DNA of 64,000 nt from Trichosphaerium sp. ATCC 40318 (taxonomy: Eukaryota > Protista > Tubulinea), in NCBI GenBank assembly GCA_038496445.1, contig JALMLS010000341.1:62001-126000 (forward strand), written 5' to 3'. A model generated the notes under the pieces. The model saw only the letters and a list, made by a program, of their open reading frames with translations, had not been told where the DNA came from and searched no databases. Numbering within the stretch: the stretch's first letter is position 1; each line of letters starts with the position of its first letter. Made by a program: the position numbers and the translations under genes. Below are positions 52,165 to 63,864 of the stretch, piece by piece.

Positions 52165-55100
52165 ATGTCTGGCGGGCAAATTTATTACCAGGTGCGTTGG
52201 ACGCGGGCAATGCGAAAGTTAAATAGAAATATTATGTAGTTATTTAAAACCCAATCAACCGCTAGCAATTCCAGCTCACGCTTTTTTAGTTTCAAGCGAG
52301 CTCCAAAGAACAAAATGCCCTAGCGTTCGAAGGACCTATTATTTCCTTAGCTGAATTAAAGCAAGGTATTGTACATCAACAAAAATTAGGGAGCGCACGC
52401 GATTTTGGTCTGGAAATTGTAAATTCGCAAACAAAAGAAGGTACGCACCTAACCAGTACTTTATATGCCAGATACGCCTTACATTTGAGCTAAATGGATG
52501 AGATCCGGTTTATTTGTGCACTCTTAGCCACTGTTAACGTTTTTTTAGTTTACAAGGATGACGCCATACTTATACCGCGTAACACATCTGTTGTTGTTAG
52601 ACGAATTCCAATTACTGCCGCGAGAGGTGTCGCTCCTCCTCCGGCTCCATTTTCTCGCCCAACTAGCTACCAATCCCACACGTACACTAGTGTACCGAAA
52701 TATGACGCATCGAAGTCCTCTTCAAAAGTCACTGGCGGCGCAAGCAGTGAAGAACAAGAAGGCATTGACAAGTTACTAAACCAAAAACCAACCTGGACGT
52801 ACGTGTACCATAGCATTATTGGCGTAGCTATGAAGAAAGGAACAAAGATAATCATTTGCGCTCTGCGCGTAGTTGAAAATAAAATCTCATCTATTTTTCC
52901 TCTCCCTATCACAATTATCCCTCCTTTTCTTTTTTTGACGGTATTGCTGAGTAGATCGAAAAAAAAAAAAGAGCCAAATAATTGAAGATCTTTATAATCA
53001 TACACACTAACGCAACAGCGCAGAGTTTATCTTGCCCTTTTCTATGCTTTATTCTACCCTTTATTTCTTTTTTTTTTTTTCTTTTCTCGCTTTTATTTAA
53101 ATGTTTCTAGGCGAAGAGCGTCTGGTGGTAATGTTAGGAGAAAGTGTGAAGGTCCACCACCTCCTGGCTATGTTTGTCATCGTTGTAACCAACCGAATCA
53201 TTGGATTCAACATTGTCCAACGAATGGTGACCCTCAGTATGACTTGCCTAAGATTAAAAAAGCTACTGGTATACCAAGAAGCTTCTTAAAGCCTATAATT
53301 GGTGGTGATCATAAATCAGCCTATGTAGTGCCTGGTGGCGGCTTAGCCAAGATGGCGCCGAATGAGTACATTATTTTTTTTCAGAATTTTCTGATTTTTG
53401 TTTTCTCACGAAAGTCGACTAACACACAATGTAGACATGTTTTTGAACAAGAAATTGCTAAGGCTAACCCAGTAGATGAAACTAAAGAAGGTGAAGAAGT
53501 ACCAAAGTCTTTTCAATGCCCTATTTGCAAGGTACGCTCAAAACCAAACTGACTTGATTTTTTGGAGTGGAATTCTAACTTTTTTGGTTTTAGGATTTAT
53601 TAAAAGACGCTGTACTTATATCTTGTTGTGGATACAGTTTTTGTGATGAGTGTACGTACCTTTATAGCTTATGTAACGCTCCAAAACGCTAACTTTGATG
53701 TTTTTAGGTATTCGTCCTCAAGATCTTAGTCAAGTCCTCCTTTGTCCTATGTGCAAGAAAACAACTACTGCTAATAAGCTTGTACCAAACCACAGTATGC
53801 GTACATCTATAACGGAGTACATCAAAAATAAGGAAGACGAGAAAAAAGAAAAGGAAAAAGCTGAAAGGGAGCGTCAAGCGCAAATCCAAGAGGCTGTGCG
53901 TTTAGAACAAGAAAAAGCAGCTCTGGAAGCAGCCAGGATCGTACAGGAGCAGAGAGAAGCTGAAGAAGAGCAAAAACGCAAAGAAGCAGAAAAAGCAAAG
54001 GAAGAAGCCGAAGAAAGGAAGGCAACCAAAGATACTTCCGATAAGGGTACAGAACTGAAGGCCCATGAATCACCTAGAGACGTAGAGGAAGGAGAAGGTG
54101 AAGAAAAGGACCCCAAGTCGATTGATGATGCGTCTAAAGATGATAAATCCGATGAAGATAGCAAAGATAAAAAATCATCAAAACGGCCTTCATCACCTGA
54201 TTCAGAGGGCTCTCGTGATAGCAGCAAGAGTAAAAGATCTAGCCGTGGTATTTTTGAACCTCTACCGGATATGCATATCCCTGATTTTATTAAAGGTACG
54301 CAAGCTTTAAGATCATATTTTTTTTTTACGTGGTTCAATTGATGTGCTTACAACGTTTTATAGAGAAGCAACATGGTAAAGATAGACGTGGTGATCGTCA
54401 TTCAAGACATCGTAGTCCTCCAAGGAGACATGATTACCCTGGACAAGGCTATGGTTACGCTTACCCTCCAGCGCCTTATGGTGTTCCACCGTTTTATCAT
54501 CCACCGTTTCCTGGTTATTACCCACCACCATATGGCGTACCACCTTACGCACCTGGACCTCATCGTGGTAGAGATTATGGCCGCAGAGATAGCTACCGAG
54601 ATGGTCATAGAAGACGCTATAACAGTCGAAGCAGGGAGCGCCGACATAGAAGCAGAGAAAGGTTAGTTTTTTTTTTTTGTTTTGTTTTCAAGTTTTGTGC
54701 TCATTGATTTTTTATAGAAGAAGTAATCATTCAAGAGATAAAAAAAGGCGTAGTCGTAGGTCTAGAGACAAATCTCCAAAAGATAGCACCAAGAGCACCT
54801 CCCATCGTGATGAAAAAAAGGATTCTGATAAGCGTACTCCTGAACAAGAAGTTAAAACACCAACGAGCCCAATGCTTGCAGATAAGAGCCCAGACAGCGT
54901 AGATTATAGTCCAAGTCGTGCTCTAGATGTAGATTTTGATGATGCGGAAGGAAATGAAGTTGAAGAGAAGAAAGATGTATCACCTGTTGCATCTTCTCCG
55001 AAGACACCTACAGAGCCTGCAGACCCTGAAGAGGAAGTAATGAAGGTGGAACCAAAAGAGAGGGAGCATAACACGAAGAAGAGAAGCCGTGATGAGGATG

Positions 55101-55462
55101 ACAGTCGTAATGATAGAGATAAGAAGCGTTTGAGGAGTAGTGATGATAGATCTCGTCGAGATAAGCGCAGACGTCGAGATGACCGAGATCGTAGAGATAA
55201 GGATCGTAGGCGCGAGCGTGATAGCAAGCAATCGTCTTCTTCCTCTTCTCATAGACGAGAGAGGGATAAAACAAGGCGCCGTGGTTCAGAAGATAGACGT
55301 GATGATAGGGATCGTCAGCGTTCATCCTCAAGGCGTAGCTATTCTCCTGGGCATGGGCATAAGCGTAAGCATGAGCGTGAAAGTGAGAGTGCTAGCAAGA
55401 GGCGTAGACATCGCAGTGATAAAAGCGATAGAGCTCGTGACCATAGGAAGTCTTCAAGGTGA
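52165..55462 (+). CDS. RBBP6: RBBP6/Mpe1-like protein (DWNN, CCHC knuckle, RING, RS-rich tail)
   Basis: LIPRNTSVVVRRIP (DWNN), PPPGYVCHRC...HWIQHCPTNGD, IKKATGIPRSFL, CPIC...CC..SFCDEC...CPMC, R/S/D-rich C-terminus. Confidence 0.9.
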
Positions 55463-55694
55463 TTTCCTTTCCACCTTTTTTTGAATTTTTTTTTTGAACT
55501 TTTGTTGGCAGCTTGTAAGTTAGAAACTGTAAATAAATATGCTCAACATGTCTACGTTAGTTCATATTGTTTGCTGTAGTAAAACAGCCTGGTTCTTTAA
55601 AGTCATTAAGCGGAGAATTAGCAATTTTTGTTTTTTCAAAAAAACTATCAGTACACAGGTCAATTGTGTTCTATCGTTGAGTTTAACGCTAGAC

Positions 55695-56987
55695 ATGATA
55701 AGAGCTGCTTGTGTGCGAAGATTACAGTTACGTAGATGCAATAAAAAGACTTTTGGATGTCGTTTCAAATCAGATGGTGATACGAGGCCAACAGCAGCTA
55801 TAGTTATAATAGGTAGCGTAAAAACGCGTAACAACCGCCGTAAATTAAAATTAAACTCATTTAGGTGATGAAATTCTGAACGGCAAAGTTCATGATAGCA
55901 ACACGCACTGGTACGTGCCAATAGATCTGCGTAATAATAAGATGTTTTTTTTTTGACACTTGTCTACAAGGCTGGCAAACTTTTTCTTTAAACGAGGCAT
56001 ACACTTGCGCTCTGTTACTGTAGTACCAGACGAGGTATCATAGTTGTTATAACAAATACGGCGTATTGTTCCCAACATAAAACTAGGAAGACGAGATTAT
56101 TCGCACAGTGCGTCACGCGTCTTCAAAGTACGCGTTTGGGACTATTAATAACTCACTTTGATTATAAGGTTTGACTACACAATAACAACGGGTGGTATCG
56201 GGCCAACACACGATGATATCACATACCAATCGATTGCGCGTGCTTTTGACAGAAAACTAGAACCACATGCAGAGACTGTTGAAAAACTTACAAAAACACT
56301 CTCAGAGCGTAATATAGAGATCAATGATGAGCGTATGCGTATGGCTATATTCCCTACGCCTGCTAGAGGTATGTAATACTGCCAAATTGTCTATAATAAC
56401 ATTGTTTTTTTGAACAGTTATTCCAACATCATCTTGGGTGCCAATCGTTGAGGTTGAGAATATTTATATCTTACCAGGTGTACCTGGTATTGTACGTACT
56501 ACTAGTTCACCGTAATTAATGCTAATAGAATGTACCTTAGTTAAAGACAATGATGGATGATGCAGTGTCTTTACATGGCATGTTTAAAGGAGGTAAGAAC
56601 GTAGCTTTTACCCAGAAAGTTTGCTCTCGTACTAAATTGTACGTAGGTAAAATTCCACACTCTGAGGCTGTATATACACATAAAAGTGAAGGAGGTACAC
56701 GTAATTACTTTTAATACTAAAAAGCTAACTTTATTTCCAAGATATTGCCAAAGATCTTGTAAGAATAAATAAGGAACATGGCGATGTTCAAATTGGGAGT
56801 TACCCAAAGTTAGGTAATCAACTCTCATAGTGTTAATTTTTTGCTGACGCTGTATCCCTCTCTAGACGCAGATGTTGAAGTGGCCGGATATAAAGTGATG
56901 ATAACCATACAAGGAGAGGATGCAGAAAAAGTGCAGGCTGCACGTGATGTAGTCAAGTCACTTGTTGACGGCTTTTATAAAGACTAA
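55695..56987 (+). CDS. Molybdopterin-binding-domain (CinA/FLAD1 MPTb-like) protein, probable mitochondrial presequence
   Basis: AAIVIIGDEILNGK, TTGGIGPTHDDITY..IA.AF, IYILPGVP, QIGSYP, with an Arg-rich N-terminus. Confidence 0.85.
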
Positions 56988-57059
56988 TAAAATAATAAAA
57001 AAACAAGAAACAATAACAATATGTCCTGCTAGCTGTGGATTGCCATCATAAGACCCTTA

Positions 57060-59415
57060 TGTCAGATTGGTTTCCTTTTGATCTCTGCTATTGACGTTCT
57101 TGTCTCTTTCGAATGCAGAATGTTCTTATAACGGAATTACTCACTAAATTCTTATTTGTAGAATTATTTTCTTTTTATTTTGTTGTAATTGATACAACCT
57201 CACTACTGGATCCTTTGGGTATTATTCTATAATGAAACAAGTACAAACATACTAGAATAACTGTCCATACAGCATTAAGCGCAAGCAACACTATACCCTA
57301 CTTTTGAGGTTAAAATGTGTGCTAGAACTGAAAAGTACATACCATGTACAAAGCTACAAAAGGCATAAGTGCAGTACCGCTAGCTACTATCCAACATAAA
57401 AGTATTACAGCATAGACTAAGAAAGCACAAGATGAGATAAAGAAGAGGGTAAACAAACAAGTTGACTACTTGCCTACGCCAAGCCAGAAGCACGTGTTAC
57501 CAAGTCGCCAAGGAGTGAACAATTGAATGATAGATATTGATGCTAGTATTAATGCCCATACTCCAGCAGGGACCAGTAGACCATAGATCCATGCTTTTAA
57601 CAAATTTGTAAGAATTTTATAGGATTTTAAAGGTTGTACTAGGGAATGCTTCAATGTCACATGAAGCGTCGTTTCCTGGTTGTCCTCTGAAAAAACAAAC
57701 TTATTGAGTTCAAACTTTTGCTTAGATTACAGTACGTTTTTACAAATGGAGCACATCCTGACCATTGTATAATAGGGTTAGCGTCTTCTCCTCTGTATCC
57801 TTTCATATTAACACATAAAGGGCCTGTACCGGAATCTTCAATCTCTAACACACCATATTGATTGACGTAGTGATACTCATAACTTTTACAACCTGTTCCA
57901 AAAAAAGTCGTAAATTACAAGATGCTTTTGTTTGATGCAAAACATTAATACCTTCAGAGAAAGGACCTCCTTTGGACGATCCAATGCGATCATATGCTGC
58001 AGCTTGGAATATTGGAAACCCTTAAAAACGTGTTAAAAAGTACTGGTGTTGACAGTGAGTCAAACCTGCTCCGCCACCAGTGGCATAGTCCGAGTTTGAG
58101 CCTATTGCTATTAAAACAATAAACATTTATTTATGTCTCACCATCGTCAATTGCAAGCATGTGAGAATCACCAGATATAGCAATAAGATTTGTTACGCTA
58201 CAATTCTTTATCATATTAGCAACTCTTGTTCTATCACTTGGATAACTAAACCATTTATCACCCTGCTGTCGAGTTAGATACTCGAGTGCAGGTTGTGCGT
58301 GTGAGGTAGTCAAAGTGACTCACCGCAGATGGTTTTCCTATCCATGGAATAGTATTTGCCCAGACCACCAGAGAATATGAAGAAGCTGAACACAATTCAT
58401 TGTTGAACCATTGAAACTGCTCTTCACTCATGAGCGTAACTTCCGAAACTTGCTGCACAAGAAATGAACAAAACTCGGTAAGTAGTTTCCGCTAATTTTT
58501 ATCGAAACTATTTTATTACCTCTGATTTTAAATCTGTTATTATAAATCTAACGTTACCAATAGTATATGCTTGGTTTATTCTTGCTTGAAGATCAGGAGC
58601 TAACAAAACATGTGTTAGTCTTTGCATTGGCAACAAAAAAGACTTACGGGCGAGTTCTGTGGGATAATGTGGAAAGTACATTCTATACGCTGACCTAGCT
58701 GCTGGTTTACTAGGCGAGCTTGAGTCAGCATTATTTGGTCCATAATCGTGGTCATCCCAAATATAGCTCATAGGAAGACTTTGGAATAATTCACGTTGTC
58801 TGTTTTGTTTAAAGGTAAGTTCATAAGCATCACGGAAAGCTTGAATGCTGTTTGTGGTTATATCTGTATAATGTAGGTCACCCAAATGGATCATCAAATC
58901 AGCATTTTGATTCTTAATGGCCGAGAAAACTTCTAAACAGAAAAAATTATTTGTTTTTTGAAAACGACATGGCACGTGATTTTTTCTTTTCAGAAACTGT
59001 GTCGTACTGTTGTTTGAAGCAGCGCTAGAGCAAGATCCAAAAACAATCTTTAAATTTTGAGGACCTTCACTAAAAGTTGAAAAAGTCCCGACTCTAGCGG
59101 TACTTGCGCCATAATAGTACCGTGAGGACGATGTTAAGTTGTGAAATGTAATCTTAAAAGGATCGCTTGTTATCGCCGGTGCCCGTATTGGAGAAGTTAG
59201 ATCCCTTGTTGAACTCAACGATAGTGTCCCTCCTTGATTACCTAACCGGTAATTTGGTAAACAGTCAAGAAATTGGCTACAGCACAACAAGCGAAGAGGA
59301 TTGGCGTACCTGAAATCACTATTGTCGCTTGGCTGTTTGTAACTCCTCCTGCCCACATGATAAAAGGAGAAACATAGCTAAATAGGCACGTGATAATAAA
59401 GAATGTAATATACAT
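57060..59415 (-). CDS. PhoD-family alkaline phosphatase with C-terminal TM segments
   Basis: Signal peptide, FGSCS, IHLGDLHY, IWDDHDYGPNN, ISGDSH, hydrophobic C-terminal exons. 3' end approximate. Confidence 0.85.
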
Positions 59416-59794
59416 AGTGGTGTAGTGAATGAAGTATCGCATGGTATGGCGGTTATGTAAATGTCACATTTTTACTTTTATGATGTCATTAAAATGTGTC
59501 ATTTTCAAAACATATGAACCCTTTTTTGGGAACCAAAACATCTACTATATTGAACTACATAAAGCAGGCACCTTAGTTTGTACGCTTCAATATTGTTATC
59601 CGGTGAAATCGTCGGACCACAAGTCCGAAATATTACAGGCAATCTTTGTTGTTGCCGAGTAGTGTGTTCCAGAAAAGAATATTCATCCTGTGATATGGGT
59701 TTAGATTTGCGAAGGCTAGGTAAAGTTCTTGATGTCGCGTACTTGTGATTACACTGTAAATGTTGCATATATTCTGGCTCCCTCTTCAGGTAGA

Positions 59795-60192
59795 GTAGGG
59801 TGGGTTTGACGCTTTTTCGATTTTAATTATGTTGACCAAAAACACAGGGTGAACTCAAACATGGAATCTATGGTGTTGGTAGAGTGGGTTTGACACTTTT
59901 TCGATTTTAATTATATTGACCAAAAACACAAAAGACGGAAGTGTTTCGGTAGACAGCATTTGAGGTGTTGACGATTTTCGCAAATATCGATTAAGGGAAA
60001 GGGAAAAAAAAACCATCTGGGTAGAGGGGGTTTGAGACTTTTTCGATTTTAACCATGTTGACCAAAAACACAAAAGACAGAAGTGTTTCGCTAGACAGTT
60101 TTTTACTAGGTGGGAGTTGAGACTTTTTCAAACAATAATTGAGAGTGTGTTTATTATTATATGTAACAGCGAGAGGGAGTTTGAGGCTTTTT
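59795..60192. repeat. Array of degenerate direct repeats
   Basis: 52-bp unit gtag(a/g)g(t/g)gggtttga..ctttttcgattttaa..at.ttgaccaaaaacaca at 59795, 59879 and 60021. The last two share a further 26 bp. Shorter cores at ~59960, ~60108, ~60171 and ~60436. Confidence 0.85.
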
Positions 60193-60257
60193 TGAAGGTA
60201 AATAAACAATTTTTTTTATTAATACCAAGTAGATAGCGCTGTTGTGTTGTGATCTAT

Positions 60258-61130
60258 CCAGTGAAGCGCAAGCGAGCCGTTTCCGTGAGTAAACAGTTTT
60301 GTGATTGATCTCCGCGAAGCCCATGCGAGCGCAGTGCCCTCCAGTTGCCTAGGTAAACCTTGAGCGGGTATCAAGGTTTAGCGAAGGTAGACCGCACTCT
60401 TGTTAAAAATCACATGACTTTTTCTGTTTTTTTACTAGAGGGAAGTTGACACTTTTATATTTGTGATTCAGAGTGAGGTTATATTATTTCTCCGCATGCG
60501 GAATTTTGCAGATTACGCCCTTTGACTACCCGCTAGCAACGCCGAGTCTTCATAATTTTGTGGGCGCTGGTGATACGGGGTCTATGAAGTGTGCTTTTGT
60601 CGTAGATGTATGCTTTGTATCTCGCGCTGGGAAAAAAATTTGTGCCCACGCGCTTTTGAGCTCCAAACCCTCACCAGATACGTTTATTTCGCCAATGAAG
60701 AGCGCTCCTTCAAGGAAGTATGCGGGATCGGCACTGTGCGACGAGAAAATTTTGCTATTTTTTCGTGTCGTTGATAACAAGCGTTTTAAAGCTTCTTTTA
60801 CGTAACAAACCACATAATAAACGCTTTTCAAGCTGTAATTGCGTGTCAATAAAATAGTGACACGGTAAAAAAGGCAAACATGTGCTTAATCGCAATAAAC
60901 GCGTTGTTTCTACCGTTTCCAAGCATTCTCGTTCCCGTAATTGCGTTTAAACCTCATCAAAACTGATTAAGTGAGCATTTTGTCAAAATGACTTAACGAA
61001 TTCCGCTACACCCTTAACACACTTCCCACCCTATAGCAAAACGTGTGGTACATTAAACGCCAAACCTTGCTACCAGAGCAAGGTTGTGTCTAGCTAACTC
61101 AGGGGTAGTGGCTCGCTTGGGCTTCGCTGG
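60258..61130. repeat. ~70-bp inverted repeats each containing a 9-10-bp hairpin
   Basis: 60312-60383 aligns with the reverse complement of 61058-61130. 60258-60278 matches revcomp 61110-61130 at 19/21. Stems at 60354-60380 and 61063-61085. Confidence 0.75.
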
Positions 61131-61253
61131 TATTGGTTATCTTGTATGCTGTTTGATTGAATAGTGTAGAAATTTACTAAAATACAATGATTGATAAATG
61201 TAATACTGTCTAAATACACTTAAGCAAGTGCACTTACACAGTTCCCCACCCTA

Positions 61254-61784
61254 TTAAGTTGGTACGCTTAATACAGTTTACCACCCTATAGCAAAAACTA
61301 CTCGTTGTCAAATAATAAAAAGTTTATTCGTTTTTAGCGAAAATACAGTCACGCATTCTGCGCCAGGCACCATAGTAAAATGCAAAATGGCCTTCGCAAT
61401 ATCCTCGGTGCTCGCACTTTCTGCGCGAATTATTAACGTAATTCGGCTCTAACACAATATGATCTGGGTTCGTGCATGCCTTACAATGGCACAAATGCGA
61501 GGCGTCAACCTCGCAACGCTTTAGCGTTGGATAATACAAATAATACCCTAGTTCATCACGGTCACGCAGAGTGATGCCTTTTTGCGTGTATAACACGTAA
61601 TGAGCTAGATTGAATTTCATATTTTTACATCCGTTCTGGAATGTTGCATAGATATAACCTGAATGATTTATAGAGCCTCTCTTACACACACGGCATCCAG
61701 TTTCTGTTGTTTTAAGTTAGTTTTGGTGTGTTTTGTTGTTAAGTTGGTACGCTTAATACAGTTTCCCAACCTATAGCAAAAACT
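61254..61784. repeat. 46-bp direct repeats (61254-61299 and 61739-61784) flanking the nuclease ORF
   Basis: ttaagttggtacgcttaatacagttt(a/c)cca(c/a)cctatagcaaaaact, 44/46 identical. Partial copies at ~61021-61042 and ~61239-61254. Confidence 0.9.
61324..61689 (-). CDS. His-Cys box (His-Me finger, I-PpoI/zf-His_Me_endon-like) endonuclease ORF, 5' end unresolved
   Basis: ASHLCHCKACTNPDHIVLEPNYVNNSRRKC....C..H.........C matches the SHLCH...C.NP.H...E....N..R..C signature. GC.....N..GY lies upstream, with an in-frame TAA just before it. Confidence 0.85.
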   Translation of the reverse strand: MCKRGSINHSGYIYATFQNGCKNMKFNLAHYVLYTQKGITLRDRDELGYYLYYPTLKRCEVDASHLCHCKACTNPDHIVLEPNYVNNSRRKCEHRGYCEGHFAFYYGAWRRMRDCIFAKNE

Positions 61785-61946
61785 GTAAAGAAAGGTACCT
61801 GGTTTTATCTCTTCTCCATAGCGCATTGAGTGTAACTTTAAGTGAGCAATGTCCCAAGGCTACTCTTCAGGAGTTACTCTCGTTTAAGTAAGGTAGGCGT
61901 TAAGTCAATTTCGCTGACTCATCACTCAAGATATCCCTGTTTTACA

Positions 61947-63718
61947 ATGAGTACTACTGTAGTGCTGTTTTTATGTATTCTTTCCCTTGCGAACAGTGTG
62001 AAGCTTAAAATAGACAGTTCAGACGCATCTTTAGCAACAAACCGACAATTGAACGCTATGCCAAATAGCCAGCTGTACATAGTTTCCAACGAACTCTCCA
62101 AACGTATGTACATTGTGGAATGAAAAACAACTTACTTCTTTAGTACCAATTCAAATTGATGCCGAAGGAGATTGCGATGAATCATGCGTCTTTGATGTTA
62201 GAATTGAGGAAGAAAACAACTCATGGTAAGTTGACATTTGTTGATACACTTATTAAGTTGACGAAGGAACTATGATGTTCCGCCTACCCCACACCAGAGA
62301 GCACAATACTCAACCTACGTCCCTGAAGAAAGTCTGTATGGTAATACACATAATCAGAGAGCCTATAAGAGCGGTCAATACTATGTTATAGAGCCAAGCA
62401 TCTCAAAAGAGTTCGCCAGTGTGATAATATCAATGAAACATCCAAATGGTTCACGGTAAGTTTTGAAGTTTCTACTATGTAATTCTTACAAAGTAGTATG
62501 TCCGGCGTACAACCGAAAGAGATACTTATTGTAAGAAAGAAAGCGTATGACGAAAAATTAAAGGTGGTTGAGCAGAACGTTGCCTCAAAAAGACAAGAGA
62601 AACATGTGTATGAGATCGAATACAAACGAAACAAGACTCAGATATCAGAAGCATACGAGCCCTTACGCCTTCACCCAGAGATTTTCACGTTTTCAAGTGA
62701 TTTCTTGGATCCTATTCTAAAGGCCAAACTTGAAAGTAAGCAGCTAGATCTTGACGTTGTAGCTGAATCAGGTATTTTTGGGCTACCAATGTTCACGCCT
62801 GAATTTGTTGCGAAATTCCTTGATGAAATAGCAAACATTAAGGCTTCCAATGTTGAGACTTCTCGTCCAAATAGGTAAGTGCCAACGCTAAAACTAATCT
62901 AATCCTGTATAGTATGAATAATTATGGAGTGATACTGGACTACTTAGGATTCGAACGCTTCTTTGACGTAAGAAAAAATAAGAAAATACTTGCTAACACT
63001 TTGCCAGGAATTTATAGATCAAGTTATACAACCTATCGCAGAACATTTATTCCCTGGCACGAATTAATCCGAAATGTATCTAATACGAACATAGAGTGGA
63101 TATCACCTTTCTTTAAACTTGATAGTGTACAGACAAAGTACCGCTTAAACGTACTTAGACTGTTTTTAGCACCGTGCTTTTATAGTAGAATATGAGATTG
63201 GGAATGATGAAGATTTGGACTTTCATATGGATCAAGCAGAGGTAGTTTGCGCAATACTATTGATAAGTGCTTATATTATTTGTTTAGATTACACTCAACC
63301 TATGCCTTGGCGAAGATTTCACAGGTGGTGAAGTGTACTTTAAAGGAGTCAGGTAATCATTTACACTTCGTAAGTGGTTCTAAGTTCTGTTAGGGATACA
63401 CCACTCGAGAAAGTTGAGAACTTTGAGTATCCACATACTGTAGGTAGAGGTATATTACACCTAGGTAAGATTGTTTTTCAGGAAAGCTTGTTCTCTTAAA
63501 AATAAACAGGACAACACTGGCATGGCGCTAAAAAAATCAAAAGTGGAAAGCGATACAACCTGATATGTAAGTAGTACTTACGTTTTTCCGTTGTTTATTC
63601 TTGTGAAGTATGGTCAAAAAGCTCAAGCTATCGAGAGAGCGCAGCTGAAAGAGTCCTCAGAGCTCACAATGCCATCAACTTTGAAAACGATTTTTCCTCG
63701 CCAAAAATAGAATTATGA
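61947..63718 (+). CDS. OGFOD2/PLOD-like 2OG-Fe(II) oxygenase with signal peptide and KIEL C-terminus
   Basis: SRPN.MNNYGVILD, LDFHMDQAEITLNLCLGEDFTGG, H.GQHWHGA, SGKRYNLI. Confidence 0.85.
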
Positions 63719-63864
63719 ACCCAGTACATTCTCAATACCTTTTGATGTATATTTTAATAGCGCTTATATATTATACTACGTATGTGATTACCATGTTTAT
63801 TAGTTTTCATTATTGTAATGTACAATTTTCTTCATTTTTTTTTTCTTTTTTTTTTTTTACATTC

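Noticed and set aside
53822-55484. Multiple overlapping antisense/alternate-frame ORFs
   Set aside because: Shadow ORFs of low-complexity RS/E/K-rich exons of the RBBP6-like gene.
59795-60192. CRISPR array
   Set aside because: Only three long units, unequal and partly repeated spacers, degenerate repeats, no cas genes, and a eukaryotic context.
60473-60849. ORFs inside the inverted-repeat region as a transposase or Rep protein
   Set aside because: Short, with non-ATG starts and no DDE, HUH or tyrosine-recombinase motifs.
60380-61790. Group I intron hosting the His-Cys box nuclease
   Set aside because: No rRNA flanks and I could not identify P7/R/S core motifs. An Infernal search would be needed to exclude it fully.
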